Positions 17,198-26,688 of a stretch of 64,000 bases of DNA are shown here, piece by piece. Source of the stretch: an uncultured delta proteobacterium. Its GTDB lineage: Bacteria; Myxococcota_A; Polyangia; Fen-1088. The notes below the pieces were generated by a model. It was not told the origin of the DNA. It did no database searches and worked only from the letters and a program-made list of their open reading frames with translations. Position numbers and translations under genes: made by a program. How positions within the stretch are numbered: position 1 is the stretch's first letter; each line of letters begins with the position of its first letter. The stretch spans positions 26,186-90,185 of the forward strand of contig CAWGPW010000007.1 of the NCBI GenBank assembly GCA_963824555.1. Direction: 5' to 3'.

Positions 17198-19597
17198 CTA
17201 CTTGACGACGATGGCATCCACCGCGACCGGTCCTGGTCCGCGATTGATGATGGCGATGGCGTGCTGTCCTGAAATCAGGCCACTCACCTCGGACACCATC
17301 TGCTGGGCCTGGCGCGCACCTGTTGAGGACAGATCCGCCGTCGCCTTGGATTGTCCATCGATCTGAATCTCAATGCTTCCATCCCCGGATTCTTTCGGAG
17401 CGTAGACCGACACGTCAGTCCCGGTGAATGTGGAAGTCCAGGTATCCCCAGTGTTGGTGCTGGTGGTGAGATCGTTGTTGTAGTCACCCGTGCCCAGGTT
17501 GGACTTGCGAAGCCATCCGGGAGCCGCCGCCCCCGGATCGTCGTCGTTGATCCAGCCCTTGTCGTGGGTGATGCGCAGAACGCGCATCTTCGACGCCACT
17601 TGCTGATCGGAGATCCCCGACAGCGCCGATACCGACCCGCTGGGCGTCACCGTTAGACCTTGACTGCCTTGAGTAAACGTCATCGCAACCGTGGAGCCGA
17701 GCAGCTCGACTTTGGACACCTTGCCCAAGGTTGCCCCCCCGGTCTTCAGCGCCGGGAGGGTGACCGCGCCTCCGTTCCAACCGAGGAGCGTGGCGTACAC
17801 ATTGCCGTTGTTGCGCGTATAGAGGACCGTACTGTCGCCGGAGACTTCAAAGGGACGGGATGCATACACGGCCTCGCCGTTGACCTTCAACCAAGCACCA
17901 ATGTCTTGGGCGATCTGGGTACACTGGGGGTCGAGATTCCCCCGGCCGTGCTGCGTGAGGTTGAGCAGCAAGCTGCCATTTCGGGAGACGTTCTGCATCA
18001 GCGTCGTGACCAGACTCCCGGCGCTTGTGTATCCCGCCCCGGTCATGTAGTGCCAGTTCCCGCCCTGAATGTCGAGCTCTGTCTGGAAGGGATAGGCATT
18101 GATGTCGGCGAGGGTAACCGCCTCCGTGCTCGCGACCAGGGCGCGCTGAACGTAGGGGATCAGGGCTTCATTGTCTTGGAAGCTATCGTATTGTCCGCCC
18201 ACACCCTTCATGTTCATCACCACGTCCATCTTCCCCTGATTCCAGGTCAAGGATTTGTTGTAGTAGTTTGCCAAGATCGTCGTTGCAATAGAACCCAGCC
18301 CCATATGGACGCCCAGATCCGTTTGGGAATCGCCGGCGTGGTCGTCGAAGTAGACGACGTCAGGATGATACTTGTTGATGGCGTCATCGACTCGATACAT
18401 GAACTGGGTGCCATAGGCCGAATTGTTGCACGAGTTGTTCGAACAGTCGGTGGTGTGCTTGGGCCCATAAAGATCAGCAGGATTCATGCCCTCCCACCAT
18501 TTGCCTTTGCCATCCGCTGTCGTTAGCAGCGCATCGTAGGGTCCCTTCGCGTCGCTGGTGTAACGAATCGGCATCCACTGACCCCAAGTTCGAGCTGGCG
18601 TGTTGTGGAAGCCGATGCCGAACCGCAGACCCTTTTGGCGCGCGATCGGCTCCCAGGTGCCCACCATGTCCTTCTGCACTCCGACCCGGACGGAGTTCCA
18701 GGGCTGGTAGGTCGAATCGAAGTTGTCGAAGTTGTCATGGTGCGCGCCCATAGCCATGAAGAACTTGGCGCCCATTTGCACGTACAGATCCATCAAGGCG
18801 CTGGGATCCCACAGGTCGACCACCCAGTTCTTGCAGATGTCCTTGTAACCGTAGACGGACGGATCACCGAAGTGGCTGACGTTATAGTTGAAGTCGGCCG
18901 AGCCCTCCTGATACATGTGATAGGCGTACCAGTCGCCTTGCTCGGGCATGGATTGAGGATCCCAGTGAGCCCACGCGCCGAATTTGGCGTCACGCCACCA
19001 CTCCGGCGTTGCGTAGGCCAGGCCGAGCGCCTTCCAGTCGGCGGTATACGGGCCCGTGGCCACGGGGAACTTCGGCAGGTTCCAAATGTCCGTGCCCGCG
19101 ACCGTTCCCCCCGTGCCCTGCTGGCCCCCGGTCCCAGGCGAGCCCCCAGCGCCGCCGGTCGCGCTTGTACTCGCACCGCCGGTGCCTCCGCCTGCTGCAC
19201 CACCGGTGGCGTTGCGGCCACCAGACGCAAACATGCCACCGCTTGCAACCCCGCCCCCTTGGCCACCGCCTTGTCCTTGGGGACCACCACCCGAACCGGA
19301 TAGCGTGCCACCGGACGACGAAGTCGTGGAACCGCCCGCATTGCTCGTGCCGCCACTCGCGGCCACACCCCCGCCTCCTTGGCTTCCGCCTTGGCCCGGG
19401 ATGCCTCCTCCCGAACTGGAACCACCCGCGCTGGTGGTATTGCCTCCTACCGCTAGGCCTCCGCTCCCGAGCCTTCCACCGCTGTTGACGCTACCTCCCG
19501 TGGCAGCGCCAGGAGAGGTATTCCCGCTGCAGGCGACCGAGAACCCCATGACGCTAAAAACAAGAACCATTGCCGTCTGCCTTGTCATCATCTTCAT
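17198..19597 (-). CDS. GH29 alpha-L-fucosidase lipoprotein with a C-terminal CBM-like domain
   Basis: MKMMTRQTAMVLVFSVMGFSVAC and a Gly-rich tether. Then …AKFGAWAHWDPQS…GDWYAYHMY…GAKFFMAMGAHHDNFDNFDS…, the GH29 pattern. The C-terminal ~140 aa form a beta-sandwich-like domain. Confidence 0.9.
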   Translation of the reverse strand: MKMMTRQTAMVLVFSVMGFSVACSGNTSPGAATGGSVNSGGRLGSGGLAVGGNTTSAGGSSSGGGIPGQGGSQGGGGVAASGGTSNAGGSTTSSSGGTLSGSGGGPQGQGGGQGGGVASGGMFASGGRNATGGAAGGGTGGASTSATGGAGGSPGTGGQQGTGGTVAGTDIWNLPKFPVATGPYTADWKALGLAYATPEWWRDAKFGAWAHWDPQSMPEQGDWYAYHMYQEGSADFNYNVSHFGDPSVYGYKDICKNWVVDLWDPSALMDLYVQMGAKFFMAMGAHHDNFDNFDSTYQPWNSVRVGVQKDMVGTWEPIARQKGLRFGIGFHNTPARTWGQWMPIRYTSDAKGPYDALLTTADGKGKWWEGMNPADLYGPKHTTDCSNNSCNNSAYGTQFMYRVDDAINKYHPDVVYFDDHAGDSQTDLGVHMGLGSIATTILANYYNKSLTWNQGKMDVVMNMKGVGGQYDSFQDNEALIPYVQRALVASTEAVTLADINAYPFQTELDIQGGNWHYMTGAGYTSAGSLVTTLMQNVSRNGSLLLNLTQHGRGNLDPQCTQIAQDIGAWLKVNGEAVYASRPFEVSGDSTVLYTRNNGNVYATLLGWNGGAVTLPALKTGGATLGKVSKVELLGSTVAMTFTQGSQGLTVTPSGSVSALSGISDQQVASKMRVLRITHDKGWINDDDPGAAAPGWLRKSNLGTGDYNNDLTTSTNTGDTWTSTFTGTDVSVYAPKESGDGSIEIQIDGQSKATADLSSTGARQAQQMVSEVSGLISGQHAIAIINRGPGPVAVDAIVVK

Positions 19598-19876
19598 AGA
19601 CCAGCCCCCCTGGCATTTCGGTTCAGCAATCGTGAGGGACTTGTGTCGTTTTCCTGGGCCAAGCGCGATGGCTCGTGCCGGCTCGGACTCAAGACGTGTC
19701 CATGAATGGACCCGTCTTGAACATTGTGCCCCCACCTGCGGCCGAGCCCTCGGCTCGGCAACTCAGCGCCCACAGACCTACACATTGTCCAACATCCAGT
19801 TTCCGCCAGAACCTGTCGATTTCTGACCCGGAATGCGCGGACACGCGGTCTATCATTGTGAAACTCGCCCTACGTC

Positions 19877-20500
19877 ATGCCAACGCTTCCTTCCCACGTG
19901 CCCCTGTCCTTGGTAGTCGGCCAAGACCGCCGTGCTGCCAGCGATGGTGATGTCGCGCGGGCGCTGAGCGTCGGGGAGGCGTGGGCCGCGGTGGAAACGT
20001 GGCGGCGGTTCGCGCCCATGGTGCTCACGCTCGCGAGGCGTACCTTGGGCTCTCATTCCGAAGCGGAAGACATTGGGCAAGACGTCTTCTGCCGGGTGTA
20101 CCGCAAGGTAAGAACCCTGCGCGAGCCCGATAGCTTCCGCAACTTCGTTTATACCTGCGCCCTGCGGGTGATTCAGACCGAGCTTCATCGCAAGAAGATG
20201 CGTTCCTGGCTATCCTTCGCGCAGCCTGGCTTGCTGGATTGCCAAAGCTCAGGAACGCTGGACGTGGAGTCGCGCGATCTGTTGCGTAGGTTTTATCGTC
20301 TACTAGAACGCCTGGCACCGCGCGACCGCATCGTGCTCGTCCTTCGGCGCGTGGAGTCGATGAGCGTGGAAGAGATTGCCGCCGCGACGAAGTCTTCGGA
20401 ATCCACGGTGAAGCGCTCGCTGGCACGCGCTTCAAGCCGCATGTCTCGCTGGATGAATGACGAGCCACGATCGGCTGACGGAAAAAGGTGGGGACGATGA
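19877..20500 (+). CDS. ECF (group 4) RNA polymerase sigma factor
   Basis: Region 2 reads EAEDIGQDVFCRVYRKV. Region 4 reads MSVEEIAAATKSSESTVKRSLARA. Confidence 0.9.
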   Translation: MPTLPSHVPLSLVVGQDRRAASDGDVARALSVGEAWAAVETWRRFAPMVLTLARRTLGSHSEAEDIGQDVFCRVYRKVRTLREPDSFRNFVYTCALRVIQTELHRKKMRSWLSFAQPGLLDCQSSGTLDVESRDLLRRFYRLLERLAPRDRIVLVLRRVESMSVEEIAAATKSSESTVKRSLARASSRMSRWMNDEPRSADGKRWGR

Positions 20501-21793
20501 GAAGTACGATTGGCGAACCCAAGGAATCTCCCGCCCTGACCAAGGCGACCGACCTTTGCCGCAACACCCTGGGGCCGCCGACCCCGGCGGAGCTTGAGCT
20601 GGGACTCGACAGTTTCCTTGCGCGCATTGCCCCGAACAAGGAGCGCCCTCGGCGATTTCGATTTGTTCGTTGGTCACTGGCGGGTGCTACGGTGGCACTG
20701 TGCACCTTGGTTGCCTTGCAGATTGCTTCAGTCTATCGAACGCGCTGGTCTACTGGTAGGGCGCCAACGCTTGCTTACCGGGTCGATGGAGGCAGTGTTC
20801 TCGAAGGGGGCTATCTGCGTGAATCCGGTCACGCGGGCATGAACGTGGTGTTCAACGAGGGAAGCCGATTGACGCTCGCGCCGGGAACACGCAGCCGGCT
20901 CCGGGTGGTCGACCGCGACAGTGCCCACGTGGCCATCGAACGTGGCCGAGGATCTTTCCAGGTCGTGCACAAAAGCAATCGGCGGTGGTTGGTCGATGTC
21001 GGCCCATTTTTGGTCACGGTCACGGGAACCGTCTTCACGGTCTCGTGGGATCCGGTGCGCGAGGAGCTCGAATCTCAGGCTGCGAGAAGGCAGCGTCTTG
21101 GTCAGTGGCCCCGTCTCGGCGGGAGAAATAGCGTTGCGGGCTGGCCAGCGGTTGGTCGCAAACCTGGCAAGAGTCGAGACCGTCATCACGGAAGAGACGC
21201 CGGAGCAAGCGAGCAGTGAGCCACCCAGTTCTCCCCCTGCACCAGCCGTGGCTCCACCCGGACTGCAGCCGTCGACCCCTGGTCCCTCCCCAGCACCCGC
21301 TGCATCCACGGTCGCCAAGCTCGCGGGTGACCATCAATGGGGCCTCAAGTTGGCGCGGGGCCAATGGGACCGCATTCTCCAGGACGCCAACCGTATCGGC
21401 GTTGAGGCGACCCTGAGCGAAGCGTCCAGCGAAGACCTTTTCGCTCTTGCCAACGCGGCTCGCTACCGACACCGTTCCGATCTGGCTCGGTCCGCCCTGC
21501 TTGCCGAGCGTCGGCGTTTTCCCGAGTCGCCGCGTGCGCTCGAAGCGCTCTACCTGCTTGGTCGCGTGGAGGAAGGCCGGGAAACCGGGACTGCTCAGGC
21601 CATCGCGTGGTACGATGACTATCTCACCCGCGCGCCGACCGGCCCGCTCGTGGGAGAAGCTTTGGGACGAAAGATGACTCTCACCGACAAGCTCGAAGGC
21701 CCGGCCCGGGCGCGCTCCCTCGCGGAAGAATATCTTCGTCGCTTCCCCAAGGGGAACTATGCTGGATCGGCGCGCGAGCTTCTCGTCCCGTGA
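20497..21793 (+). pseudogene. FecR-domain anti-sigma factor with a C-terminal TPR-like domain; apparent +1 frameshift near 21073
   Basis: The ATGA start overlaps the sigma stop. Sequence: MRSTIGEPK…, TM WSLAGATVALCTLVALQIA, FecR core …NEGSRLTLAPGTRSRL…VTVTGTVFTVSWDPVREELE. It continues only in the frame of ORF 20921..21793 (LRLREGSVLVSGP…RFPKGNYAGSARELLVP*). May be a sequencing indel. Confidence 0.8.
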
Positions 21794-22840
21794 CCCAGGC
21801 CCATTGAACCGCCTGCGCCTTGCCCTCTGTCTTGTGGCGTTCCTCGTAGGGACGGTGCCCGCCCATGCGGCCACCGTAGCCATCTTGTGGCCGCCGACAC
21901 CTTCCGCCGATGTGACCCAGGCGTTGACTCTTCTGCGTGGAGAGTTGTTGTCGGTGGGCCTGGAGGTCACGGTGGCCGACCGAGCGGGCGCCCGCAGCGT
22001 TGGGGGAACCGATTCGGTGGCTTGGCTCGAAGCCTTTGCAGCACGGGGTACCAGCGCTGTCATCGACGCTGTCGGGGGCGATGTGCTGGAGGCGGTCGAT
22101 GTATGGATTTAAAGACGCACCCACGACGATTCGAGGTTACTCGAGTTGCCATCGAGCCCAATGTTCCACGACAGCCGGAAATGCTCGCACTTCGTGCCGT
22201 TGAGGCCTTGCGCGCAGGCCTTCTTCAGATCGATTGGGCAGAACGAAGGCGACGCTACGGACCCATCGCAGAGCCAGCCATGGCCGTAGCGCCCGCGGGC
22301 GAGCTAGAGAGGCCCACGAGCCGTGGCGAACGCGTTGGCATCGAGGTTGGCGCGGTTGCAGTGATGAGCACGGACGGCCTTGGCCCTGCGGTGTTGCCGA
22401 CCGTGCGCGTGGGCTGGGCGGCTCGCCCCTGGCTCGTGATGCAGGCTTCGGCGGCAGGCTTCGGGAGCCGGTCCGCGGTTGCGACCGCGGCGGGCAACGC
22501 GCGGGTTGCCCAGCAATACGCCATCCTGGGCGGGTTCTATCGCCTTCGCTCGGCCAAGCGGCTGTGGCCCTTCTTCGGCCTCGCGGCCGGGGCGCTGCGC
22601 ACGTCGGTCGAAGGGCAGGACGGCTGGGGCACGGGGGGCCACACCGCGGAGCAATGGTCGGGTTTGATCGACGTGAGCTTGGGAGCGGGGTTTCGCCTTT
22701 ACGGCCGCTCCTACTTGACCTTGGCCGCACATGCGCAGGTGGCCGTGCCCTACGTGGTCATTCACATCGTCGATACGGTCGGCGCCACCTCTGGGCGTCC
22801 CAATCTCCTCCTGACCCTCACCGTCGGAGCCTGGCTATGA
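21759..22840 (+). CDS. Signal-peptide protein with a C-terminal OM beta-barrel-like domain; either one gene with a -1 frameshift at ~22104-22110 or two overlapping ORFs (21759..22112 and 22103..22840)
   Basis: The first ORF has the signal peptide LALCLVAFLVGTVPAHA and ends …LEAVDVWI*. The second frame continues DLKTHPRRFEVTRVAIEP… with no signal peptide of its own and ends in barrel-like strands …LLLTLTVGAWL*. Restoring one G (TGG GAT) fuses them. Confidence 0.7.
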
Positions 22841-23943
22841 AGGCGAGCAAGTCGGGATCGACGATCGGACTGCTCTGCGTGTTGGGCATGCTGACCAACA
22901 CCGCCGCTTGCTGGCATATCGACGTTTACGCGGTGACACCCAGTGGCGGCACGGATGCCGGTTCAGGCGAGACAGGGACTGGCGAGGCGACTGGCGCAGG
23001 GGGCAGCTCTGGCGCGGTGCCGAGTGCGGGGTGCGGAAAGACCTCGGCGCTCACCTTCGGGGCGATCCCGAATCAGGACCCGAACGCGGCTCCAGGCTCG
23101 GGGAACACGGTGGGCCACGGCGTCGGCGGCTACGTTACGATTCAGAGCAGTGGGAAGACCCGGACCTTCACCATGAGGCTTCCCGATAACTACGACCCAA
23201 ACCACCCCTACTGGTTGAGCTTCACTTTTCACCCTGCCGGCGGCAACACCTACGGAATCGACAACGGCGGAAACAATGGGTACACCATGGCCTATTACGG
23301 GCTCCAGAAACTATCGAACAACGGCGCGTTCTTCGTCGCGCCCGACGGGTTGAACAGCGGCTGGGCGAATTCCAACGGAGAAGACCTGCAACTCGTCGAC
23401 GACATGGTCAAGCTGATCGAGGACAATTACTGTGTCGACACGACGCACCTTTTCGCCCAGGGGTTCGCCTGGGGCGGTGGCATGACCTACGAAATCGCGT
23501 GCGCCCGGGCCAAAGTCTTTCGTGGGGTCGCAATCTACGAAGGAGCGGTGTTCAGCGGGTGCGACAATGGCAACGACCCTATCGCGTATTGGCAGATGGT
23601 CGGACTTACGGACACCACGTGTACCATCGACATGGCAAGACCGATGCGCGACCAGTTCGCTACCAACAACGGCTGCACCATCCCCCAGACCGAGCCGCCC
23701 GAGCCGCCTCAGCCACCCCCCTATTTGAACCCCGGAGGGCACGTCTGCACTGACTACACCGGATGCTCGAGCGGTCACCCCCTGCGTTGGTGCGTGCACC
23801 AGTCAGGTCTCGGCAACGCCATCGTGGATGGAACCTCGGACCTCTACAATTCGTGCGCGACGGCTCCCAAGACCTGCTCGACCACCTGCCCTTGTACCTG
23901 GGTTCCGGAGGACGTGTGGTCGTGGATGACAAGAAACTTCTAG
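22837..23943 (+). CDS. Lipoprotein esterase-fold paralog lacking the catalytic Ser and His (pseudo-esterase)
   Basis: MKASKSGSTIGLLCVLGMLTNTAAC, short tether, then SAGCGK…FTMRLPDNYD…FFVAPD…. The nucleophile elbow is GFAWG, where the paralogs have GFSYG / GFSFG. The ATGA start overlaps the upstream stop. Confidence 0.85.
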   Translation: MKASKSGSTIGLLCVLGMLTNTAACWHIDVYAVTPSGGTDAGSGETGTGEATGAGGSSGAVPSAGCGKTSALTFGAIPNQDPNAAPGSGNTVGHGVGGYVTIQSSGKTRTFTMRLPDNYDPNHPYWLSFTFHPAGGNTYGIDNGGNNGYTMAYYGLQKLSNNGAFFVAPDGLNSGWANSNGEDLQLVDDMVKLIEDNYCVDTTHLFAQGFAWGGGMTYEIACARAKVFRGVAIYEGAVFSGCDNGNDPIAYWQMVGLTDTTCTIDMARPMRDQFATNNGCTIPQTEPPEPPQPPPYLNPGGHVCTDYTGCSSGHPLRWCVHQSGLGNAIVDGTSDLYNSCATAPKTCSTTCPCTWVPEDVWSWMTRNF

Positions 23944-24045
23944 AACGTCGGCGGGTAGAAGCTCGACGAGGACCGGGCGAGGCGAGGGCTCCGCTCCCTG
24001 TCCCTCTCCCTCAGGAGCCTGCTTTGGCGAATCGCGAACGGTGAT

Positions 24046-25596
24046 TCAGTTCGTCGACACAACCCCTGTTGCAAGGTTGATGGACCACTGCGCGGAGTAG
24101 GTCAAGTGCCAGGTCGTGCCGTCAAAGGTGAACGGCAGCCACAGATATGTCGACAGGCTCAGGTTGCTGGAGTTCCAGATGTCGCCCGCGTAGATATAGG
24201 TCGTCGTCTGGCTGCCGACGATCGGAATAACATAGGTGGGCTGAGAGCTCCAGGTGGAGCCATTCGCACCGACGGCCACGAAGCTACTGCTCCACGGTCC
24301 GGTGATCGATCCGGTGGAGGTCAAGTACGCTGCCTGGTTCGGAGCCCAGCCGGTCTGGGCCGAGCTGATGCCGTAGTACTTGCCATTGTCCTTCCAGAAA
24401 GCATAGGCTTCACGGGTCGTCGAAGCCCAAATCTTGGTGGTGTTCTGGACATTGAGATAGTCGCTCGAGAGCTGGTAGACCTCTGTGTCGCGAAAATCCC
24501 CGCCCGCGTTTCCGCCCGGTCCCCCCGTGGATACAAAGTAGGCGGTTCCATCCGGCTCCTGCCAAAGCGTGCAGTCGCGCGAGCTATTGCCGCCCCCAGG
24601 CTGGAAGTGTTTCACGTACGTGTAGTTGCCGTCCACCGTGGGACTGGTGAAGACGACCGCCTCCGAGTCACAATAGCCACCGCTCGCCCCAGTGCAGGCC
24701 TCCATATCCCAGTGGGCCCACATCACGTACAGCTTTGTGGAAGCGTTGTAGATAACTTTGGGCCGTTCAATGATCAGATTGACGTTGCTGAGCACCGGAT
24801 CCGTACTGGTCGTGACGACCGAGTTGCGATGCTCCCAGTTGGCAAGATCCTTGGAGGCGTAGCAGCTGATAGCGTGGAAGTTGCCCGTCCCATTCGTGTT
24901 CAGGGTCTTGTCTTCGCCGAACCAGTACCACGTATCGCAGACCTTGATCAAGCCACCCCCATGGGCCTGAATGTGCTTGCCCGTAGTGTCGTTCCAGGGG
25001 CCGCTGTTGCTGATGCTGCCTGTGATAACCCCGGCATCCACGGGTGGACAAAGGTCGTCTACCGTTCCGCCGGCTCCCGTGGTACCGCCAGCCCCGGCCG
25101 CGCCGCCGCTCCCATTCACGCCACCCGAGCCGTTCGCCGCGCCACTATCCGTCGCGGCGTCCGGGTGGGGCGTTCCCCCCGAGCCGCTTGCACCGCCGTT
25201 GCCGGTTGCCCCGCCCGAGCCCCGGCCACCAGTGCCCGTCACGCCGCCGTTGCCGGCTACGCCGCCACGGCCACTCACGCCCCCCGGGCTGGTCGCACCT
25301 CCGGAGCCAGCCATGGAGGTTGCCCCGCCCGAGCCGGTCACGCCGCCCGAGCCGATTGTTCCGCTCGATCCCGTAGCCCCGCCCGAGCCACGACCACCAC
25401 TACCGGCCACGCCGCCATAGCCGGTTGTGCCACCATTCCCACTCACGCCACCGCTGCTGGTCACGCCGCCGCTGCCCGCGGTACCGCCACTGCTTGCTCC
25501 CCCTCGGCCGGCAGCTCCTCCCGTTCCTGATGCCCCACAGCCTAACGGGCCAAGAAAAAGGGAGAGAGCGACACAATGGAATCTTCTTACGCGCAT
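24046..25596 (-). CDS. GH43-family (five-bladed propeller) glycoside hydrolase lipoprotein
   Basis: GGAGG RBS, MRVRRFHCVALSLFLGPLGC and a ~170-aa Gly-rich tether. Then …GPWNDTTGKHIQAHGGGLIKVCDTWYWFGEDK…KLYVMWAHWD…, as in GH43 exo-galactanase-type enzymes. Confidence 0.85.
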   Translation of the reverse strand: MRVRRFHCVALSLFLGPLGCGASGTGGAAGRGGASSGGTAGSGGVTSSGGVSGNGGTTGYGGVAGSGGRGSGGATGSSGTIGSGGVTGSGGATSMAGSGGATSPGGVSGRGGVAGNGGVTGTGGRGSGGATGNGGASGSGGTPHPDAATDSGAANGSGGVNGSGGAAGAGGTTGAGGTVDDLCPPVDAGVITGSISNSGPWNDTTGKHIQAHGGGLIKVCDTWYWFGEDKTLNTNGTGNFHAISCYASKDLANWEHRNSVVTTSTDPVLSNVNLIIERPKVIYNASTKLYVMWAHWDMEACTGASGGYCDSEAVVFTSPTVDGNYTYVKHFQPGGGNSSRDCTLWQEPDGTAYFVSTGGPGGNAGGDFRDTEVYQLSSDYLNVQNTTKIWASTTREAYAFWKDNGKYYGISSAQTGWAPNQAAYLTSTGSITGPWSSSFVAVGANGSTWSSQPTYVIPIVGSQTTTYIYAGDIWNSSNLSLSTYLWLPFTFDGTTWHLTYSAQWSINLATGVVSTN

Positions 25597-25881
25597 GCAA
25601 ACCTCCAGGGTGAACCTCCCGTGTTCTGCAGGGAGAACTTAGCGGACCTCTCGTCGGATCTCGATGTCGAGACTCGCGTGCCGAAACAGACCATGCAAGG
25701 TCACCATTTGTGCAGTGGCGCAAGCCCCTCATCTCCGTGTTGTCGCTGCGCGCGCTGACCATTCTTAGGCTTCCATGCCTGCGCACAGGCTTCCCGTGGT
25801 TTTGGGCCTGATTTGGATGTTGCCCGAGACCGTGCCAACTGGGGCACCGCGCCGCAGATGCTCCCGCTGAATCGCCGTGAC

Positions 25882-25910
25882 GGAAACGGCACGCTGTGGC
25901 CACTGCACGA
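25882..25910 (+). promoter_or_regulatory. Promoter-like element GGAAAC-N17-GCACGA upstream of the ECF sigma gene 26069
   Basis: Matches the element upstream of esterase gene 8420..9805 (see feature 9931..9959). A partial copy (GCGCCACTGCACAA) also lies upstream of the GH43 gene at 25708-25721 on the minus strand. Confidence 0.3.
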
Positions 25911-26068
25911 GCAATAGCGGATTTTTTTTAAGCCAAAGAGGACGGTAGGGATGACATCTGGACGCCAAGCGTAGCGGACGGGCGTCAGAGTCGGGCTTCA
26001 AAGAAATCGCTACAAGAAGGGCGGCGTCGAAACAGTCTCTGCTATGGAGACTTCCATGGGGGCGACAG

Positions 26069-26680
26069 ATGATTGAAAGCAATGCAAATGCCATTGTTCC
26101 CATCGCCCTGTCTCGTGCAACGGTTGGCTCGTGGCTCTCGACGTCGCCTCTGCCTCGCTTCGAGAACATCTACAAACAATTCTTCGACTTCGTGTGGTCC
26201 TCGGTCAGACACTTTGGCGTCGAAAGAGATGCCGTCGACGATGTGGTTCAAGATGTCTTCGTCGTGATCCATGCCAAGCTTGCCACGCTGCAACGGCCGG
26301 AGTCTCTACGGAGCTGGATCTACGGCATCGTACGCCGCACCGCGAGCGACCACCGGCGGTCAAGGCGGACGAGAGATGCCGCGCATGCGAGGCTCGGCAC
26401 CGAGCTCAAGTGGAGTCAGCCGGCCCGACCATCGCCTTTCGAGCTGGCCGAGAGGAATGCCGAGCTGGACCTGCTCGAGAGCATCCTGGCGGACATCGAT
26501 GAACCTAAACGGGAGATCTTCGTAATGGTGGAGGTTCTAGGCATGACAGTCCCGGAAGCGGTTCAAGCACTCGTGATACCCCTGAACACCGCCTATTCCA
26601 GGCTTCGGTTGGCGAGGCTGTCCTTCGAGAAAGCACTCGCCGAGCGTGAAGCGCTCGCCGATGCGAAGCAGCCTTCGTGA
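26069..26680 (+). CDS. ECF RNA polymerase sigma factor (no adjacent anti-sigma gene)
   Basis: …ERDAVDDVVQDVFVVIHAKL… is region 2. …MTVPEAVQALVIPLNTAYSRLRLAR… is region 4. Confidence 0.85.
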   Translation: MIESNANAIVPIALSRATVGSWLSTSPLPRFENIYKQFFDFVWSSVRHFGVERDAVDDVVQDVFVVIHAKLATLQRPESLRSWIYGIVRRTASDHRRSRRTRDAAHARLGTELKWSQPARPSPFELAERNAELDLLESILADIDEPKREIFVMVEVLGMTVPEAVQALVIPLNTAYSRLRLARLSFEKALAEREALADAKQPS

Positions 26681-26688
26681 GCACGAGG

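Noticed and set aside
19836-19876. GGAATG…GGTCTAT and TGAAAC…CGTC-like strings upstream of the first ECF sigma gene, as a possible ECF autoregulatory promoter
   Set aside because: The spacing between the -35-like and -10-like parts does not fit the usual 16-17 nt. One candidate is too close to the ATG. There is no second copy in the window to support it.
25921-25928. T8 run that could be an intrinsic terminator tail
   Set aside because: No convincing GC-rich stem precedes it on either strand. It lies in a divergent promoter region between the GH43 gene and the ECF sigma gene, so it is more likely an AT-rich promoter or UP-like tract.
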